The notes below the pieces were generated by a model that saw only the letters and a program-made list of their open reading frames with translations, did no database searches and was not told the DNA's origin. 64,000 nucleotides of DNA. Origin: Guillardia theta CCMP2712 (Eukaryota; Protista; Cryptophyta). The position numbers were made by a program, and so were the translations under genes. How positions within the stretch are numbered: position 1 is the first letter of the stretch; each line of letters opens with the position of its first letter. Below are positions 23,422 through 35,975 of the stretch, one piece after another. Location of the stretch: assembly GCF_000315625.1 (NCBI RefSeq), contig NW_005434451.1, positions 757-64,756 on the forward strand, in the 5' to 3' direction.

Positions 23422-24558
23422 TTAGAAGAGACCGTTGCCCTTGGCAGCCTTCTCGTTTCCGTGAACGTTGGTGGCACCTAAAAGACGGTCAGGGAGGTGA
23501 GATGGAGCAACAAGGCAAGGGCATACCAGCGTTGAGGTCGCTGTCGTATGCCCATCCCTTCTGCCAGGACTTGTGGAAGGTCATCTTGGACTCCATGTCG
23601 ACACGCCTGCGGACAAGTAAGAGGGCGCTATCTCGCATCATGAGGGTCTATCGCACTTGGCCATGTCGAGGAACTTGGGGTCATCCCTCTTGAGGGTGAC
23701 GGACTGAACCTTGACGAGCATCTCATCGTTGTAGTCGTTGGAGGGAGCGCCAGTGTACTCCTTGTTCTGGTGCTCAGCGCAGCCACGGTGATCGAAGATG
23801 GTGATCTGCATTCTGTCAGCCGAGCAGTCGCACCCGTGCTCAAACTTACCACAGGGGCAGCGTTCTTGTTGACCTGGTCGGTGGTGCACTTCTTCGCAGC
23901 GTTGTCGCAAGCAGCAGAGGCAGCACCAGCGTTGGCGAGGGCAAGACCAGCAGCAGCAGCAGTCTTGAGCACGTCACGGCGGTCGATGGCCATGTTCATC
24001 TGGACATTCGACTGGCGGAGAGCAGGGGCCTGAGAGCGGGAGTGAGATAAGACTATTGAACATGTGGAAACAAATCAAATGCTGTTCACATCAACATCCC
24101 ACAAGTCAACAGCAATATCAAAAAATTATATCAATTCTAGAATGACCAATTGTTATATGGTCAAATGCATGGCAGAGTGGACTCCCAACTGATTATAAAA
24201 CTAGAAGACTGTCGTTTTGGTCAATTAGATAATTGGAATTTTCATAGATTAGATGAGATCCAATGGGAGACAATCAATGAATATGGTAAGACATGGGATG
24301 AGAAGAATCACAATCCACTGTGAATTCAAAGACAGTCATGGCCTAAGCACGAAGTATTGCCGGATCTCAATTTTTCGTCAAAATCAGTAATGATGATTGA
24401 AGTATTTTTCTAGTTCTCATGCCATTTCAACCATGTTAGCTTATCTTGTTTGACAGATCAAATTAATCACATCAATCCTGCTCATTTTTGACCTGCATGG
24501 GGGTGAAGGCGGCGGCTCCTGCAATGGCGGCAGCGGCAACAGCGAACTTTGCGAGCAT
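23422..24558 (-). CDS. cpeA: Cryptophyte phycoerythrin alpha subunit with N- and C-terminal extensions (5 exons)
   Basis: Signal peptide MLAKFAVAAAAIAGAAAF; lumen signal DRRDVL...AASA; mature part has AAPV-ITIFDHRGCAEHQNKEYTGAPSNDYNDEMLVKVQS, the bilin-binding FDHRGC motif. Confidence 0.93.
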
Positions 24559-24574
24559 GGCGGCGGCGGTTCCT

Positions 24575-24587
24575 AACCTGACAGGTT
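24575..24587. promoter_or_regulatory. Palindrome AACCTGACAGGTT just upstream of cpeA
   Basis: Perfect 6-bp arms, 17-29 nt upstream of the ATG; the same motif occurs upstream of the second cpeA. Confidence 0.55.
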
Positions 24588-25079
24588 TCCCCGACCTTAA
24601 TGGCTTTCCCACCCTTCCACCACCCCTACCCCCATTGTATATTACCCCACCCACGTCAGATAATCTACCTATTTAATTGACCCGTTTGACAAATACCCCT
24701 ACCCCAGATCTCAGCGGTATTTTCCTGTTCTCCTTGAGCATATTGCACACCCCACCCCACATTCATGTCGATTGAAATACACCCGTGCTTGGTTTTTGGA
24801 CCCCTACCCACCTTTAATTGGATGATTCTGGGGTACCCAGGTCGAATACCCCTCTATTTCCCTCGACCCCCAACGATACCACCCCCACCCCTTGATCCGT
24901 GGAAGCAACTATACAAAGTACCCCACCCTCTAGAGTTCTGCAGACCCCAGGTTTGAATAGACTCAAACACCGGTCCATGACTCTGTGAATCTCTGTTAAT
25001 TATTGAAACCCGTCATTTCCTTTAGCTCAACAAGAAGGATAGGCCCGAATATTAGGCGAGCTAAAGGAATTGTTTTTTG

Positions 25080-25560
25080 TGGGCCCGGCGGCGGCGCGGC
25101 GGCCCGGCCGGGCCCACTGCCGCAGCCGCCCCCCGCGGCCGCGTCGTTGAACGCCGCTCACTCGGCCCGGCGGGCCGCCGTCGGAAACTGACTAGTTAGC
25201 CATGATCCGACCTGGGCCGGATGCTCGGACGCCGGGCGGCGTCACGTGAGTCACGCCGTTTCAACACTGACACATTGAAGGTTGCTTGCCGCCATCGGCG
25301 GGGCCCGGTGACTCCGAGCCTCGGAGTCCGGGCCGGGACTCGCCTCGGGGCAGCGCTGGCACCGTGACTCTCAGCCGATGACTGGCGGCAGTGCCATCCG
25401 ACGCAGCCGCAACTGGGGCCAACTTTCAACCGGCCGGGCCTGAGCCAACGGGGCCGCCCGGCCGTTACGGTCACCGTGACGTTGCCAAGTCACCGCCGCC
25501 GGGTTCCGGGTTGCCGCAGGCCGCCAACCCGGGTTCCGAGGCTGTTTCACGGTTTTACAA
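25080..25560. other. GC-rich, short-palindrome-dense intergenic island
   Basis: Hairpins such as GGCCCGGCCGGGCC and ACTCCGAG-C-CTCGGAGT; no credible ORF; similar island at 52260-52810. Confidence 0.6.
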
Positions 25561-26692
25561 CTTTTTTTTTAGAGAGGGTGGAAGGCTTTACGTGGGGGTA
25601 GGGGGTGGTCTGTCTTTTACAGTTGTGTAGATCAATTGAGGTACTACTAGGGAAGAGGGGGTAGGGTACTCCTTCGGTTTTACTCATCCCCAGGGATAAA
25701 CTATTTTTCAGGGAATATGTGGGGGTAGGTCTACATGAGGGTGATGGCTGAAGTAGGGTAGGGTGGTTTTGGCAGGGGTGAATCTCAACGCTCTAGGGTG
25801 GTAGGTGGACCCTGGAGGTTCAAGCTAGATACACGGGGTAGGGGTTACTGCATCTAGAAATGTGGGGTAGCAATGCAGATTTGGAGGGGTACCAAGGTTA
25901 GAATCAGGGGTGGGGTGGTTGGATCAGGGAAGGTGCAGTGGAGATGGCATGGCTTCGATGGATAGGGACATGCATGGTAAGAGCATGAGAGGAGGAGGGA
26001 CGAGGAGAAAGAAGCAAGACATGATGGATAGACAGACAAGTAGCTTGTGGTAGGAAAGAAACGTGGAGCAGAGATGTGGGGGGGGGGGGGGCGAGAGGAG
26101 AGTAGCGAGGAGAGCAGCGAGGAGTGGCGGAAAGCGAGTCGAGGGATATGGAGAGGAAAGGTGAAGAGTATGATGAAGAAGACCGAGGGAGAAGGTTGAG
26201 GATATTTAGAGGAGACGAGACCATCAGAAGTAAAGGATGGCAAGAAGAAGGTACCGAGAGGAGATGAAGACAAGAAGAGGCAAGCATTAGAAGGCGGAGG
26301 AAGGAAAGACAAGGGGAAGCGACAGACTAATCGAGATGATTCATACATGATGAGATTATGGTGGCTATAATGTGTATTTGATAACAAAGTATGAAAGCGC
26401 GCAAAGAAATCTGTGATTTAGAGGAGATCAACAAAAATGTCTCCTAGAACCCGTTTCTGTTCTCTCTTCTTCCTCACTTCTGCTTCCCACCATCTTCCCG
26501 TCGTGTCATGACATCTAATTCTTGTTGCAGCTGATCTCCCTCACTTCTGCTTTGCTCCATCCGTCGCATACTCGAAATGGGCTTGAGTTGGCTGAGAAGC
26601 GTATGATGCCTGGAGGTCAATCTCTTGTAACACCTGTCTCAGCATCTTTGAGACCCTCGGGACGTGTGAGCTTGAGACCTCAGAGGTACCTC

Positions 26693-27075
26693 CTCTCTCC
26701 TTTCCTCTCTCTTCTTCCGTACTTCACTCTCTTCCTCTCTCCTTTCCTCTCTCTTCTTCCGTACTCCACTCTCTTCCTCTCTCCTTTCCTCTCTCTTCTT
26801 CCGTACTCCACTCTCTTCCTCTCTCCTTTCCTCTCTCTTCTTCCGTACTCCACTCTCTTCCTCTCTCCTTTCCTCTCTCTTCTTCCGTACTCCACTCTCT
26901 TCCTCTCTCCTTTCTCCTCTCTTCTTCCGTACTTCACTCTCTTCCTCTCTCCTTTCTCCTCTCTTCTTCCGTACTTCACTCTCTTCCTCTCTCCTTTCTC
27001 CTCTCTTCTTCCGTACTCCACTCTCTTCCTCTCTCCTTTCTCCTCTCTTCTTCCGTACTTCACTCTCTTCCTTTC
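26693..27075. repeat. 42-bp pyrimidine-rich minisatellite, about 9 copies
   Basis: Unit CTCTCTCCTTTCCTCTCTCTTCTTCCGTACTYCACTCTCTTC. Confidence 0.93.
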
Positions 27076-27286
27076 TCCTCCTCTTCCTTTTCTTCCACCC
27101 CCTATTGCTCCTTCTCCTGCTCCTGCTCCTGCTCCTGCTCCCTTCTCCTGCTCCTGCTCTTCCTTTCTCTACCGTGTAGTGACTGCAGCCCTGGCAGAAA
27201 GTCTGTAGAAGATGATGGGAGGCAGCAGCTTGCAAGGCTCCGGGGAGGGCGGTGTGTTAGGCAGAGGCGAGAAGAGGAGGGATGAT

Positions 27287-29985
27287 ATGGAGCAGGCACG
27301 AGGTCGAGTCCTCTAAGCAAGGGACGGGCACTCCGTTCGAGCTGTTCGTATGCGTGTTCGGAATCTACTTCTGCTACCTCTACTACGGTGTGCTGCAGGT
27401 GAGACAAGGGCTGTGAGAAGCTTGAGTGACGTGGCAACAGGAGGATCTCATGACCTCCAAGTATGGAGCTGACGGCAAGAGTTTCAAGGAGGTGAGAGCG
27501 TCTGTGCGGCCGCACTTGACTGGCTCGCTCACTCTGCTGCCCAGGTCTGCTCCTTGCTCTTCGTGGTTGCAGTGCAATGCGCCATCGGCGCTCTCTTCTC
27601 GAGGGTCTCGTGCGGATTCTCCCCGCAGCCAGCGACCGGGTGGCAGTCCATGGAGGACTTCAAGGGCTTCAGGTTAGAGCAGCAAGATTGCCTGACGATG
27701 TTGCGAGTTGTCTCGAGCCTGACTGCAGTGGAGGCAAGTCAGTTCTGACCACCTTGACCTGGCAGTGGGCGGTTGTGGCCGATGTACATGCAAGTCGGCT
27801 TCTGCTACGTGCTGGCGATGCTCTTCAGCAATGCAGCTCTCTTCTACATCAGCTATCCCACTCAGGTGAGCTCTTCGCGTGTCAGGATTTCCCTCCCTCT
27901 CACCCCCTCCCTCTCCATCTCCTTCTTGCTACCTCCCTTTGCTGTCCCTCGCCCTCGCTTTCCTGCCTTGCCTTGTGTGGCTCCTCCGCCGTCACTGAGG
28001 TGATGTATCAGGTCATTGTCAAGTCGTGCAAGATGATTCCTGTCATGGCCGTCAACGTCCTCTGGAGGGGAAAGTCCTACCCGCTCGCTGCTTACGTCAG
28101 AGTCCTCATGGTCACCATCGGTAAGACCCACTGGCACTTGCTCGCCTCCCCTCCCCCTCCTCTACCATCCCACCCCCTTCACTTCACCTTTCCGTCTCCC
28201 TTCCTCACATTCTGAACATTCTCCATCTTTCTCACTCCTCCTGTCTCACTCTTCTCTCTCCCTCTCCTCTCTCCTCCCCCTTAGCTCCTCCCCTCCTCTT
28301 GCGCGTCTCCTCTCCTCTGGCGCCTCCTACTCGCTCACCCTACTCGCAGGAATCATCTGCTTCACCTTCTTCAAGAAGAGCGCCAAGGCTATCAAGAGTA
28401 ACTCGCTCGCCATCTAGTGAGAATTTCTGATATGTTTCCTCCCGCAGCCGCTCAGACATCAGCCGTCGGGCTCGCTCTCGCCCTTTTGTCTCTGGTGATG
28501 GACGGGTGAGAATTGAGAGCGAGCGAGCGAGCGAGCAAGAGGGAGGGAGAGGGAGGGAACGGAAAGGAGGGAGGGAGGAAGGGGGAGGGAGGGAGTGAGG
28601 GAGAGGGAGGGAGGGAGGGAGGGAGGGAGAGGATCTTGAAGTTGACCTATGCTTCAGGTTCGTCAGTCCAACTCAGGAGGAGATCTTCTCCAAGTATTTC
28701 TCCTCCACTCACCAGGCAAACATCGTCCTTGCTCCTGTCGTTCAGCATGGCCATTCTTGGCTCACTCTGCTCCTTAGATGATGTACTACACCAACTTGTG
28801 GGCGATGGTTCTCCTCCTCCTCACGATGCTCGTGACGGGTGACGGGTCAAGTAGGAGCCTGTGAAACTTTCACTCCCTTCCTCTCACTAGTCTTGCTCAC
28901 AGAAGCTGTAAAATACGTGGTGCAGCATCCGCAGGTAAGATGCGTCTCCGCACTAGATGAGCGGGGAGGAAGAAGGGGGAGGGGGATGAAGAGAGGGAGA
29001 GGAGAAGAGTAGTTCTCTTGTGAAGGTTTCCTGCAGGTGTTGAGCAAGATCATTCAGTTCGGCCTCATGTCGGCGACTGGGCAGGTTAGTCATAGGAGCA
29101 GGAGGGGAAAGAGAAGGCTGGCAGACTTACCCGCTACTTCCTCCCTCTTCGTCTCCCATTCCTGTCACCTTGTACCTCTCTTCTCTCGCCTTATACTCTT
29201 CTCTCCTCTGCTCTCTTCCTCGTCTCGTCTTTCGCTTCCCCTCTCCCCCTCTCCCTCTCTTCCTTCTTCTCTTCTTCTCTCCCTCTCTTTTTCTCCCCTC
29301 CTCTTCTTCTCCCCCTCTCTTCTTCTCTCCCTCTTCAGTTCTTCATCTTCTTTCTCGTCCGCTCGTTCTCAGCCCTCACCCTCGTCACCGTCACGACAAC
29401 TCGCAAGTTCTTCACGGTCAGTCCCTTGTCAAACTGCAGTCGCTGCCTAAACCCAAACTAAACCCTTCTGAACTAAACCTTTCATAAGGTATTGGCCTCC
29501 GTCTTCTGGTTCAAACACAAGCTGGAGGTGAGAACGGCCGGAGAACTTTGACATGCTGAGAAATTTCTTCCTAGCTGGGCCAGTGGCTCTCAGTCGCTGT
29601 GGTGTTTGCGGGGCTCGGGTGGGAGGAGGCGAACAAGTACATGTAAGAGCCTCCCGTCCCCTCCCTCCCCCTCACCTTCTCCCCAGCCAGAAGCAGCGAG
29701 CTCGTCTGGCCGCGCAAGCTCCACCCCCAGCCCCACCCCAGGAGAGCCTGCCCAACAGCACGGCAGCTGAGGAGCAGCCGGCGGCAGAGGCGGCACAGAG
29801 CGCAGAGGTAGGAGAGGAGACGGCGGGTCACACATCTCAACTCTCAGCAGGGTGTCGAGGCGCGAGAGGAGGCAGCAGGGCAGGAGGAGGAAGCAAAGAC
29901 TTCAGGTGGGCGAGAGGCGGGGTGCTCTCGAGCTGACAGTGGAGCAGATGGAGCGAAGAGCGAGGAAGGAGCAGAAGCGAGCTGA
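27287..29985 (+). CDS. UAA-family nucleotide-sugar transporter (SLC35B1/UTR1-3/HUT1-like), multi-exon; start uncertain
   Basis: Exons CVFGIYFCYLYYGVLQE, SNAALFYISYPTQ-VIVKSCKMIPVM, SLVMDG, MMYYTNLW, SATGQ-FFIF and TVTTTRKFFT-VLASV. Confidence 0.9.
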
Positions 29986-30224
29986 GAAGAGGACGAGGAG
30001 GAGATTACATGATGATTTTAACAAACCATGGTTATCAAAGTTAGGAGTACAGCCCGAGCAAGCAACACTAGAGCTCGGGGACATCGAGATTGAAACTGAA
30101 AAACATAAGAGAAGAGGAAAAGAGGAGAGATGGAGAGAGCAGGAGAAAGATAGTGAGTGAGTCAGTGAAGCGATTAGGAAACAAGAGACGACGACGAGTC
30201 GCAGCAGGAGAAGCGCAAGCAGTT

Positions 30225-33200
30225 TTAGATCTGCAAGTCTTCGACCTTCTCGATCATGAGGATGGTCTTAAGGCGCTTGAGGTCGTTCCTGTCCTTCATC
30301 GCAGCCTTGTGAAGCTCCTCCTTCTCCATCTTGATCTCCTCCAGCTGCTGCTCAAGGCTCTCGATCCCAGCCTGATCCCTCAGCTTCATCCCAGCTGACG
30401 CGCTTCTTACCTGCAGCTCCAGCTCGTTCTTTGCGGTGTAGACTTCGCACAGCTGGGAGCGGGCGGCGTCGATGAGGTTCCATTGGTGCCACGTCACATT
30501 CTGCATCTCCTTGACCTCTCGATGCATCAGGTCCAGCTGGATCTTGCTCTGCTCCACCTCGCACACGGCCTGATGTCGCTCCAGCACCGCTGCGTCTCGC
30601 TCGGCGATCACTTGGTCAAGCGATCGCGCCAGCTCCTCCTTCTTCGCCATGCACTCCGACAGCTCGTGCTCGCACGCGTGCAGGCGGCACGAGAGGTTCT
30701 CCCGCGCGTCCACCAGTTCCGCGTTGGTCTTGGCGAAGGCCTCGAGGTCGCCCTTGCACTTGTCAACCTCCGCCTTGAGCTCCTGCATGCTCAGCTCTGA
30801 CCGCTGCCTCATCCTCTCCATCTCTTCCTTGGTCTCCGCGTGCGACTTCACCTCCTCCCTCAGCTTTCCCCCCAGCTGCTGGATCTCTCCGCTCGCGTCT
30901 GCCAGCTTTGCCTCGAGCGTGTGCTTGACCTTCATCATCGCCTCGAGCTTCTTCTTCGTCTCCTCACCGGCCCTCTGCGTCTCGTCCTTGGAGTGCTTCG
31001 TCGCCTCCAGCTCGCGTTTTAGCGTCACGATCTCTGCCGTCACCGTCTCCAGCTGCTTGCCAAGGCTCACCCGCGACTGCTTCAGGGTCGCGATGCTCCT
31101 CCTCGCGTCGTTGAGCGCGTTGTCTCTCAGCTCGCAGGCGCGGAGGGCGGAGGAGAGCTGGGAAGCAGCCTTCATCCGGTCCATCTGGATCTTGCGGATC
31201 TTCTTCTTCATCCTGAGGATCTCGAGCTTCGTGTTGTTCTCGCTCTCCTGCCTCACTTGCTCTACCTTCAGCCCCAGCATCTTCGCCTCCTCCTCCTTGG
31301 CTTTGCTCCTCCCCTCCGCCGACGTCACTCTCTCCTGCAGGCTATGCACCTCGTCCTCGAGCCCCTTCACCTGCGTCACCAGATGCTCCTTCGCTCCCGC
31401 CACCATCGCCAGCTGCTGGTTCAGCTCGTCGCAAGTGGTCGTCGAGGACTCGAACTTCTTTTCCACTCGCTTCCCATCTGCTCAGCCTTGTCCAGCTCGG
31501 AGAGCAGCGTCTGCCGCACCTGGTTCAGCTCGTTCTGCACGTCCATGCGCGATGATCGCTCCTTTGCCACCTCCTGCTTCAGTGCCGCTGCCTTCTGCTC
31601 CGCTCCCCTCAGCTGACTCTTCAGCTGATCGGCCTGCAGCCGGGTGGCGTTGAGCTTTGAGTTGAGGGTGGAGGAGAGGGCCTGCAGGGTCTTGAGCTTC
31701 TTCTCCACCTCTGCCGTCTCCTTCTTCGCCTCCCCATAGCGATCATCCGTCGCCCTCAGCTTCTCCTGCAGGCTCTCGATCTCCCTCCTCGCCACCTCCG
31801 ACTGCTCCTGCAGCCCCTTCTTCACCTCCTCCACCGTCCGCACGTGCCGCGTCAGCTTCGAGATCTCCTCCTCCAGCCCCTTTGCCTTGACCTGCGACTC
31901 CTTGGCATCGTCCATCGCCTTCGTCCGGCCCTTCTCCGATTTCTCCAGCTGCTGCTTCAGCTCGTTGGCCTTGAGGTCTGCGCTCTCGCTCCTCGCCTTG
32001 AGCTCCGTCTTCTCCTCCTCCAGCACCTTCACCTTGTGCTGCAGCGCCGCCTGCGTCTTCTGGTGCTCCTGGATGCTCGTCTGCGCCTTGTTCAGCAGGC
32101 TTGCCGCCTCGCTGTAGTCCAGCTCGAGTTTCTTCAGCTGGGCGCTCAAGTTGGCGGAGTTGCTGAGTGAGGCCTGGAGCTGCCCCTCCACCTCCCTCAT
32201 CTTCTCAAGCGCCTCATCATCCTTGACCCGCATCCTCTTCAGCTCTGCCACCTCGTGCTCGAGCGAGACTTTCCTCTCCTCCTCCACCCTCGCATTGTCT
32301 CGCAGCTGCTCCATCTCCCTCCTCGCCTCCGACAGCTGCAGCGGCTCATCATGACAGCAGGAAGCAGAGCAGGAGCGTTACCTCGTCCTTCATCATCTTG
32401 ATCGACTCCTGCAGGGCGTCCACCTGCCGCACGGAAGTGACGACGGGAAGGGAAGGCGAGAAGGAGAGGAGAGGAGAGGATGTGGAAGGGAGAACGAGGA
32501 GGTAGGGGGGAGGGGGGGGGGGGCGGTAACAGGAAACAGGAAAGAAACAAGGCGAATAGAGGAGGAGGAGGAGATGGTGGCAGTAGTGGCGGAAGAGAGG
32601 GCACAGGGGGAGGATGGCAAGATAGAAGAAGGAGGGGGCGGAAGGGAGCTAGAGGAGGCGAGGGAACAGGAGGGCGTACTTCTTTCTGCTTGCGGATTCC
32701 CAGCTGCTCGAGCTCTTCGATTCTTGACATCAGCTTTGACCTCTCCTTGTCAAACTGCTGGGCTGCAGCTGAGGCTTTCGTCTGCTGCTCCGCTGCAGCC
32801 GCCAGTCGCAACTTGTAGCCCTTCGCCTGCTTCTCGAGCGCCTCGATCTTAGCTGGAGAGCGACCGTAAGAACGGAGTAGGTGCGGGCAAGCGGAAGTTG
32901 GGCGAGAGGGGGGATCAAGGAAAACATGGAGTGAAGGAAGAGGAAGAGGAAGAGGAAGAGGAAGAGGAAGAGGAAGAAAGAGGGTCAAGAGAAGGGAGAG
33001 GAAGAGGAAGAAGGGTCAAGAGAAGGGAGAGGAAGAGGAAGAAGGGTCAAGAGAAGGGAGAGGAAGAGGAAGAGAGGAGAGTGGGAGGGAGGTCGAGAAG
33101 GAAACAGGACTGACCTGCGGCCACAGCAACTTTCCTCTCCAGGTGAAGGTGCTTGGCCCGCCACTCCTCGATCTGCTTCATTGATCCTTCCTCCACCTGC

Positions 33201-35795
33201 CCACCTCGTCACCTCTAGATGTCACACACCTCCCTCCTCACCTCCCGCCCGTGCTTGTCAGCGTCCCTCAGCTGCGAGATCACCGCCGCTCGCTCCTTCG
33301 TCGCCACCTGCGGGGCATGTGAGCATCTCTTCACCCACCCGATCGGATGTGAAGGCCCACGTGAAGGTCCCGCTCGAGCTTCGTCCTGTTGTCCATCACC
33401 TCCTGCGCATCCACCTGTGGCAGCGGCCGCATGAGATTTGTGGAGGATCTAAAGGAGGCGGACCTTGGCCTTCTGCAGGAGGCGGTTCGAGAGTTCGAGC
33501 TCCTTGAGAGACTGAAGAAGGCGGTGAGGAGAGCGAGAAAGAGCAACGCGATGCAGCGCCGGCGGTAGAGACCGAATTTGAGGCGAAAGCGAGCAAACAG
33601 AGAGAGGTGGAACGATGTGGAAAGGAGGGGGGAAGGGAAGGAGGAGAAGGGGAAGGAGAAGAGGAAAAGGAGGAGGAGGAGGAGGAGGAGGGAAGGGAGG
33701 AGAGGAGGGGAGGAGTTCACCTCTTGATGCTTCATGGTCACGTCGTAGAGTCTTTTCTCAAGATCGTCTTTCACTCTCGTTGCGTATCGCAACTTCTCTT
33801 GCAATGGCTGAGGCGTCTCGTCAGCTCCAGGCCCAGCAGGAGCCAAAGGAGGAGGGAGGGAGGAGGGAGGGAGGAGGGAGGAGGAGGAGGAGGGAGGGAG
33901 GGAGGGAGGGAGGAACGGAGGGAGGGAGGGTAGGTGGATGGATGGGATGTGGGGAGGACTTCGATTCACCTCCAGTTCTCTCAAGCGAAGTTCAAGTTTC
34001 GACTTCTCGTTGACTAGAGCATCATTCTACAAGGTATCAGTCACCACGCCAAACACTCTTCCTCCCTCCATCACCACTCTCCCTTCCCGTTAACTGCACT
34101 CCCCTCCCCTCCCCTCCCCTCCCCATTCTGTTCACCATGGATTGGACGTCGGACATCTGCTTGCGGAGGGTGTCGGCCTCCTCTCCCACCTTCGCAGCCC
34201 GGAGCTGGAACGCGTTCTTGGCTGCCTCGAGCTCTTCCAGCTGCACGTTCACTCGCGAAGTCTCGTCCCTTCCCTGCCCGCACATGTCAGCGAAACACTG
34301 AAACTCCTGTTTCTCTTCCTCTTCGTATCATCCTCTTCACCATTTTCGTTATATCTCCATCTCTATCTCCATCTCCATCATCATCGCCATATATGACAAC
34401 TCACTATCGAGTTCTCGAGCTGCACTCGAAGTTCCTCCAGCTTGCGCTCAGTGGCCACAGCTCTCTGTGATGACGCATGAGGAGAGCACGCAACACATTT
34501 TGAGAAGGATCGGGGAGCGGGGAGTGGGGGCGGAGACGAAGCAGGGACAAGCGGGAGGTGGGAGGAACAGGAGAGAGGAGGAGGAGGAGGAGGAGAAGGA
34601 GGAGACCTTTTCCATCATGTTCTTCACTTTCTCCATGGCCTCGAGCTATCACAACAGCACATCAGCTCATGTAATGCCGCCAGCTCTACTCTTTACTTTC
34701 TCGAGCATAGTGTGTTGAATCTCCTGCAGACATCAGAGCGTGTCAAGATCTCTCCGAGTCAACTGAGACAGCAAACTTTCACCTGCTTCTCTCTCTCCAG
34801 CAGACTGGCCCTCCTCCTCTCTCTCACCAACAGGGCCACCGCATCCTGTCACCATATTACACATGACCGCATTCCCTCGTCTCTTTCACCTGATGCGAGT
34901 TGTTGTACTGACCAACTGTTCCTTTGAGCAGCTCAAGCTCATGCCGGAATCTGAGTAGAACTTTCAGAGGAAAGGAAAAGGAAAGGAAAGGGCAACAAGA
35001 GGAGAAGGAGGGGGGGGAGGGGGGGGACAGAAGGAGCAAGCGAAATGAGAGGCAGGGCTCAACTACCTTGCAGGCCAGCCACTGCGGGGGGTTGGAACAA
35101 CTCTGAACGAGACGTCAAGAAAAAAATCAAGATTGGTGACGACGATGACGATGGTGATGACAAGGAGATGACAATAAGGAGGAGAGGGTGAAACGCTATC
35201 ACGTACCCTGCTGATCCGGGCATGGATGAGATGATCTTGGAGAGTTTCTCTGGATGCTCTAGGGAGGGGCAACGTCAGGACGTGCTTGTCTTGTCTTGTG
35301 CGCAGGTTCAACCTGACTCCGTGTTCGATAGCGAGATGGAGAATTTCTGCCCTTGCGTCATCCCCTAGGGAAAAAGCCAACTCGCTCTCCTCACCTTGGG
35401 GTGGTACTGCTCGGGGGACTGCTGGCGAGTGCTGCTAGTCTGACAGGAACAGAGTGAGCAGGAGGGCACAGGATGAGACGAGACGGAGGAACCGGAGGCG
35501 ACAGGGGAGGGCTGAGCCTGGCATCGCCGCCTCGGAGTCTAAAGACTGAGCAAACCATCACTGCTGCGCAAGGGGAGAGGGAGAGGAGGACGCACAGTCA
35601 AAGTTGCCTGCGTGACAGGAGGAGGCCAAGAGGAAAAGAAGGAAGGTGCGTGCGTGCGCCATCGGCATGATCTTCCTCGGGCAGGCGGACAGGTGATTCT
35701 TCTTCGGGCTTCAGTGCATGCAGCTCCAGTTCAACCGAGAGATTTACGTCTGGAGACAAAGAGTCATACAAATTGCTCGCCTCCTCTTTCCATTT

Positions 35796-35843
<48 letters not shown>

Positions 35844-35975
35844 TTTGTTATTCCTCCATAATGATTGGTATGACAAGACTCGATCTTGATGGACATCAAC
35901 CGCAGCAGAAACTCTTGAAGTATGCGGCATCAATCTTGCTTGCCGTTACCCTCTCCTTGAGCATGAACATCATTT
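30225..35975 (-). CDS. Large coiled-coil protein of unknown function (multi-exon; 5' end uncertain)
   Basis: Two long heptad-rich E/K/Q/L ORFs (30225-31466 and 31421-32314) plus similar smaller exons up to ~35.9 kb. Confidence 0.7.

Noticed and set aside
26522-27235. Repeat-protein ORFs on both strands
   Set aside because: Open only because the 42-bp minisatellite has no stop codons.
29446-29482. CCTAAACCC-like telomeric tract
   Set aside because: Very degenerate, inside a short intron, compatible with branch-point-like CTAAA sequence.
31421-31480. Programmed frameshift between the two coiled-coil ORFs
   Set aside because: One missing base in a short G run restores the frame; sequencing error or a small intron is simpler.
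30649-31653. 334-aa plus-strand ORF
   Set aside because: Antisense shadow of the coiled-coil exon.
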